Assembly: GCA_963836185.1 (NCBI GenBank)
Contig: CAWIIQ010000003.1
Location: 384,001 to 448,000, forward strand
Source of the DNA: Candidatus Krumholzibacteriia bacterium
Lineage (GTDB): Bacteria; Krumholzibacteriota; Krumholzibacteriia; Krumholzibacteriales; Krumholzibacteriaceae
Reading direction: 5' to 3'
Length of the DNA stretch: 64,000 bases
The stretch's first letter is position 1. The number at the start of each line of letters is the position of its first letter. Below, piece after piece: positions 59,875-64,000 of the stretch. Under the pieces are notes generated by a model. The model ran no database searches. It saw only the letters and a program-made list of their open reading frames with translations, and had not been told where the DNA came from. Position numbers and translations under genes: made by a program.

Positions 59875-62829
59875 ATGAATATCCGCGTCATTCCTGTTGT
59901 GGTGCTTGCGGTTGCCGCCGCATGTCTTCCTTTAGTCTCGTGCAGCGACAGTTCGACGGAACCGGAGGCGGAGATCCTCAAATCTTTCAGCCTCGATGTG
60001 CCCGATACCGTTACGACAGGGGAATCGTTTGCCCTGTCGGTGACAGCTGTCGGGTCCGAGGGGACCAGCCCGTTCAGTTCGTTTGCTGAGACGGTCTTTC
60101 TCTCAGCATCGGGCGGATCGGTCACTCCCGACAGTCTCGTGCTGACAGGCGGCGAAGGTAGCGGCCAGGTCGTGCTCAGCGGGAGCAGCGATGCGCAGAC
60201 GATCACCGCGACGTATGGAAGCGTTACCGGTTCCGCTGTCGTGAACGCTGAATTTATGACCATACTCGAGGGCGGCTCAGACGATTCTGCGAACGAGGCG
60301 ATTCCTGGATTCCCGTTCATTGCCGATGGCGACGATTACTCTGATACGCATCCATCACTGGGAACGATGTTCGTTTCGTACAACACGATCATGCTTTCAT
60401 TCGAGCCTGGGACTACTGTCGGCCAGGCTAATACTGTCCTCGCGGATATTGGAGCAAGCATCGTCGGCGGTATAACCGGAACAGATGGTGATGCGCCCGG
60501 GGTCCTCTTCCTGAAGCTTCCGACGGTTACACATGCCGAACTCGATGCTGTGATAAGCACACTCGATGCGAACTCATCCGTGGAGACGGTTGTTCAGGAT
60601 ATTCTGATGGGACCGAACGCGACCCCGAAGCCAAACGACGGAGATCCTTCGACATGGACGTGGGAGAGTACACCTGCCGGCGCTAATTGGGGGCTCGAGC
60701 GGATACGTGTCCCCCAGATGTGGAACTTCAACGAAGCTGTGGCGAAGAAACGCGCTACTCAGGCTTTTTCGGCGGCGGCTGTTCTTATAATCGATACCGG
60801 TTTTTCAAGGAATCATCCCGATGTCTACACAGCCAATTTCAGGCCCGAAGTCCTTGATCCGCACGGCGCGCACGTATCTGGAATCATCGGAGCGAGATAC
60901 GATAATGGAAAAGGGATCGATGGTATCTGTCCGGATGTTTACATGATGGGGCAGAGTGCTATGGTCGATGCAGGTATGGGGGTTTTCACTGGTCGTATCA
61001 GTGCAGGGGAAGCAATCATCAGCGGGATGTACTGGGGCCTGCGGGCTTATACTGATATCGTGAATGTAAGCCTCGGGTACAACTGGGCCGCTGCGGGGAT
61101 AGATTCAGACACGGATGTCCTGGCGCAGGCTATCGCGGCGAAGCAGGCACAGCTCCTCGTCAATACGCTTCGCCTCCAGTCACTTTACTACGGCTCTGTT
61201 GTCATTGTCTGTTCCGCAGGGAACGACAGCGGTCAGGGCTTCGGGGAGCAGGACGCGAGGTATAACAGCCCGATGTGCTATGCTGCGCTAGGGATGGGTA
61301 TCGAAAACATCATTGTAGTCGAGGCGGTCATGGACAGCCCCGGGACGGGTGACGGCGACGTTACGCGTTATTCCGGGTCGTCTGTCGGAGGGCACGTTTC
61401 CGCGCCTGGGCAAGATGTCTGGGGGACGACGGGGACATCTCCTCTTTACAGCGCGGCCGACGGGACATCTTACGCCGCGGCGATGGTGTCGGGTCTTGCC
61501 GCATACATCAGCAATATCGAGCCCTACATAACATACAACGATATGATCGATGTGATACGGGTCAATGCTCTGTCGGCTGGAGGGAACGCTCAGCCGCGCA
61601 TTGACGCCTGGGCGAGTATCGTCGACATCGACAGGGTGCGAGGGGGAACTACCGTGCTCGAGATGATGTGCGACATAGATGACGGAACCCTTGACGGCAA
61701 CCAGCGGGTATTCTACGCAGACGGCACTGAATATTATGAAGAAGACGGTGACGGGGATGGAGGTATCGGCGACGGAAATATCGATATGAGTGACTTCCGC
61801 AGGTGGCGCGACTGGTACCTGATTGTGACAGCGCCGATCGAAGTAGATCTCGACGGCTCATCGAGTCACCCGAAGATGGATGTCAACGGCAATGGGTCAG
61901 CTGAAGGACCGGTGGGCGAGAGCGTTTATCCCCGAGGAGACTTCAACGGGGACGGTACGCTCAGCGAGACGGCGATGAGTTATGTGCCAGGCGCGATCGG
62001 AGATGTCGTTACCGATCTCGAGGTCCTGATGGAGGTGTTTGACGATCCGGAGTATGAAGCCATGGATCTTCCCGGCCTCGTCGAATCGTTCGATATCACA
62101 CTCGACCTTACGTTTTTCTTCGTCGAATCCGGGATGACATCAGTGACCGTCAGGGCCTGGTATCACGACGGGACCCCTTACTGGGAACATGTGATGACCG
62201 ACGCCGATCCGGTGAAGGTGATCACCGAGCCGTGCGATCCACAGGGATACTACCTGCATCTGTATCTCGACGGAATAATGGGAGCCGACTACTTTGAGTT
62301 CGCCCATGATCCTTCGGTGTTCGCCATGGAGCCCGGAGAGGATGTGTGGCTCTTTCCTATCGGGGGGATGCTGCTGGATCCCAAAGCCTCATTCCTGCAT
62401 ACCTGTGACGATCCGGGCGCGCTCAACACAGCGCCGGTCGATCTTGCCGCACACGGGATACTGCCTGGTGACTGGATCCTGATCGATCAGATCGGCTCAT
62501 ATGATGGTGGCGGGGGGTGGCATGATCTTACGAACATGCACGGGGTTTTCAGTTCGAGCAGTACCCTGCTGGCCGGGGACCAGCTCAACCGGGTGCCGGG
62601 TGCCATCGATGCGGGAGAGGATATAGTGACAATACCGACATTCAACTGCAGCGGTGAACCGACCGATATCGCGGAGGATTTCGATATTGATCCTTATGTC
62701 ATCATCCAGGTGCCGGCAGGGGCCAAGTATATATTCATGGCACCTAACGAGTCGAAATACGAGGACAACTACAATACTGGCGGGTATGGCGTGCAGATAT
62801 CGAAGATCAGGATGAAGGGATACAGATAG
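59875..62829 (+). CDS. S8 subtilase lipoprotein with Ig-like N-terminus and Ca-binding dockerin/EF-like motifs
   Basis: Lipobox LVSC; IDTGF, HGAHVSGII, SAGND, GTSYAA; DGNIDMSDF, GDFNGDG. Confidence 0.85.
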   Translation: MNIRVIPVVVLAVAAACLPLVSCSDSSTEPEAEILKSFSLDVPDTVTTGESFALSVTAVGSEGTSPFSSFAETVFLSASGGSVTPDSLVLTGGEGSGQVVLSGSSDAQTITATYGSVTGSAVVNAEFMTILEGGSDDSANEAIPGFPFIADGDDYSDTHPSLGTMFVSYNTIMLSFEPGTTVGQANTVLADIGASIVGGITGTDGDAPGVLFLKLPTVTHAELDAVISTLDANSSVETVVQDILMGPNATPKPNDGDPSTWTWESTPAGANWGLERIRVPQMWNFNEAVAKKRATQAFSAAAVLIIDTGFSRNHPDVYTANFRPEVLDPHGAHVSGIIGARYDNGKGIDGICPDVYMMGQSAMVDAGMGVFTGRISAGEAIISGMYWGLRAYTDIVNVSLGYNWAAAGIDSDTDVLAQAIAAKQAQLLVNTLRLQSLYYGSVVIVCSAGNDSGQGFGEQDARYNSPMCYAALGMGIENIIVVEAVMDSPGTGDGDVTRYSGSSVGGHVSAPGQDVWGTTGTSPLYSAADGTSYAAAMVSGLAAYISNIEPYITYNDMIDVIRVNALSAGGNAQPRIDAWASIVDIDRVRGGTTVLEMMCDIDDGTLDGNQRVFYADGTEYYEEDGDGDGGIGDGNIDMSDFRRWRDWYLIVTAPIEVDLDGSSSHPKMDVNGNGSAEGPVGESVYPRGDFNGDGTLSETAMSYVPGAIGDVVTDLEVLMEVFDDPEYEAMDLPGLVESFDITLDLTFFFVESGMTSVTVRAWYHDGTPYWEHVMTDADPVKVITEPCDPQGYYLHLYLDGIMGADYFEFAHDPSVFAMEPGEDVWLFPIGGMLLDPKASFLHTCDDPGALNTAPVDLAAHGILPGDWILIDQIGSYDGGGGWHDLTNMHGVFSSSSTLLAGDQLNRVPGAIDAGEDIVTIPTFNCSGEPTDIAEDFDIDPYVIIQVPAGAKYIFMAPNESKYEDNYNTGGYGVQISKIRMKGYR

Positions 62830-62900
62830 CGGGATATATGAGCCTACTGCCTGTACTGTGACTTGATGGAGCCCCAACTGGACTCCCGAGTGGGGGAAGG

Positions 62901-63407
62901 TCAGGCGCTGCATCCAATATTGTACCCGAATAATGTCCTGACACCCGCATCCATCCGCGGCTGGCCCGTTTCGCATGTATTAATGCTGAGGAATCCGCTG
63001 GTCTCATGCGCTTCTATCTTGAAGTATCCGGGAGTAGTGTCCATCCCGAGAAACGTAAACCAGGTGATAATTATAATGCCGGTCTGACAGCTCGTGAACG
63101 GGGCTGATATCCCGGGAGATCCGAGCCAGCTGCCCGTTATCGTCTCCGAGACGAAAGGAGCGATCTCCTGCTCCATCATGACACAGTTCGGAAGGGTAGT
63201 CATTTTATACTCTGCCGCGGATGCTCCTTCCTCCGGCGTTTCCAGATAGACATAGACGGTAAACGTCTCGAAGGAGGTGGTGGGGAAGAAATCACAGGAG
63301 CACATCCTGTCATCCTCCCACAGACTGTACATCTGGGCAGCCGCCTGTCCAGCGATGAACAGAGACATGAATATAATGACGAATCCGCGCAGTATCTTTC
63401 CTGGCAT
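62901..63407 (-). CDS. Secreted hypothetical protein, paralogue of the neighbouring gene
   Basis: Signal peptide; shares SLW..D, EYK, W.G.PGI.APFT.CQT and FGYN with 63414-63995. Confidence 0.7.
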   Translation of the reverse strand: MPGKILRGFVIIFMSLFIAGQAAAQMYSLWEDDRMCSCDFFPTTSFETFTVYVYLETPEEGASAAEYKMTTLPNCVMMEQEIAPFVSETITGSWLGSPGISAPFTSCQTGIIIITWFTFLGMDTTPGYFKIEAHETSGFLSINTCETGQPRMDAGVRTLFGYNIGCSA

Positions 63408-63413
63408 GAGGGC

Positions 63414-63995
63414 CTACTTCCTGTACAGCGCCTTGATCGTGCCCCAGCTTGAAGTCTCCGTGCCGTAATACCACATGCACGATTCATTGTACCCGAATAC
63501 ACCATGAACGGTAACGGGATGTTCCGGACGATCGCCGGAGCAGATGAAGACACACAAGGAGCCCGTATCATCATGCGGCTCGAAGGTATAGAACCCGGCC
63601 TCAATGTCCGGAGCCAGCATCGTCATGTGTACTATCCATGTCAGCTCGGTCTGGCATTCCGTAAATGGTGCGGTGATACCCGGGGCGCCGGCCCATGATC
63701 CCATGGAAGCGAGAGATATGAACGGCGCCAGGGTCACCTGGTCAGTGTAATGTCCGGGGAGGATGTCGAGCTTGTACTCGACCGCGAAGACACCGCCTGT
63801 ATCTGGATCTATGAACACGTAGATCTCAAAAGGAACAAGAGGGCTTTCGTGCAATACATCACACGCGGACATGTTCGCGTCTGACCAGAGGCTGAATACG
63901 TGCTGCTGTGCATGCGATGATATCGATCCAAGCATGAGGACAGCCGCACACAGCACAACGGATGCCGATAATTTTCTCTCTGTTCTTCCGGCCAT
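63414..63995 (-). CDS. Secreted hypothetical protein with C-terminal TETSSWGTIKALYRK tail
   Basis: Signal peptide SHA; C-terminal SWGxIKALY motif. Confidence 0.72.
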   Translation of the reverse strand: MAGRTERKLSASVVLCAAVLMLGSISSHAQQHVFSLWSDANMSACDVLHESPLVPFEIYVFIDPDTGGVFAVEYKLDILPGHYTDQVTLAPFISLASMGSWAGAPGITAPFTECQTELTWIVHMTMLAPDIEAGFYTFEPHDDTGSLCVFICSGDRPEHPVTVHGVFGYNESCMWYYGTETSSWGTIKALYRK

Positions 63996-64000
63996 ACATG

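Overview
GC-rich bacterial chromosomal window. The many secreted proteins ending in an NxPNPFNP...K(M)xLLR domain or a SWGxIKALY tail, the lipoproteins and the kinase-TPR protein suggest Ca. Krumholzibacteriota/Latescibacterota (inference). Contents in order: NHL and other lipoproteins, agmatinase, a leaderless XRE regulator with a conserved unknown gene, a sodium:solute symporter with three small membrane ORFs, a Tat-signal Fe-S protein, czcCBA-type efflux preceded by a His/Cys-rich RAPP-ending leader, GH92 and GH2 mannosidases, a secreted operon (CTD protein, tail-fibre-like protein, C10 peptidase), tRNA-Arg, tRNA-His, peroxiredoxin, ssb and tRNA-Lys. A ~20.5 kb integrase-less island follows, bounded by a 23-bp duplication of the tRNA-Lys 3' end (32679-32701 / 53170-53192). 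It carries amide-hydrolase and beta-lactamase-fold genes, porins, an IS481 remnant, an AbiE toxin-antitoxin pair, a 3058-aa cyclic beta-1,2-glucan synthase and a subtilase. After it lie a MABP-like + Vps62-like lipoprotein pair, a lipase-fold protein, a Ser/Thr kinase, DUF4126, a second subtilase and two paralogous secreted proteins. Nine single-base frameshifts, most in short homopolymers, are probably sequencing errors. No rRNA or CRISPR was seen. All family calls come from motif recognition by eye, not database searches.
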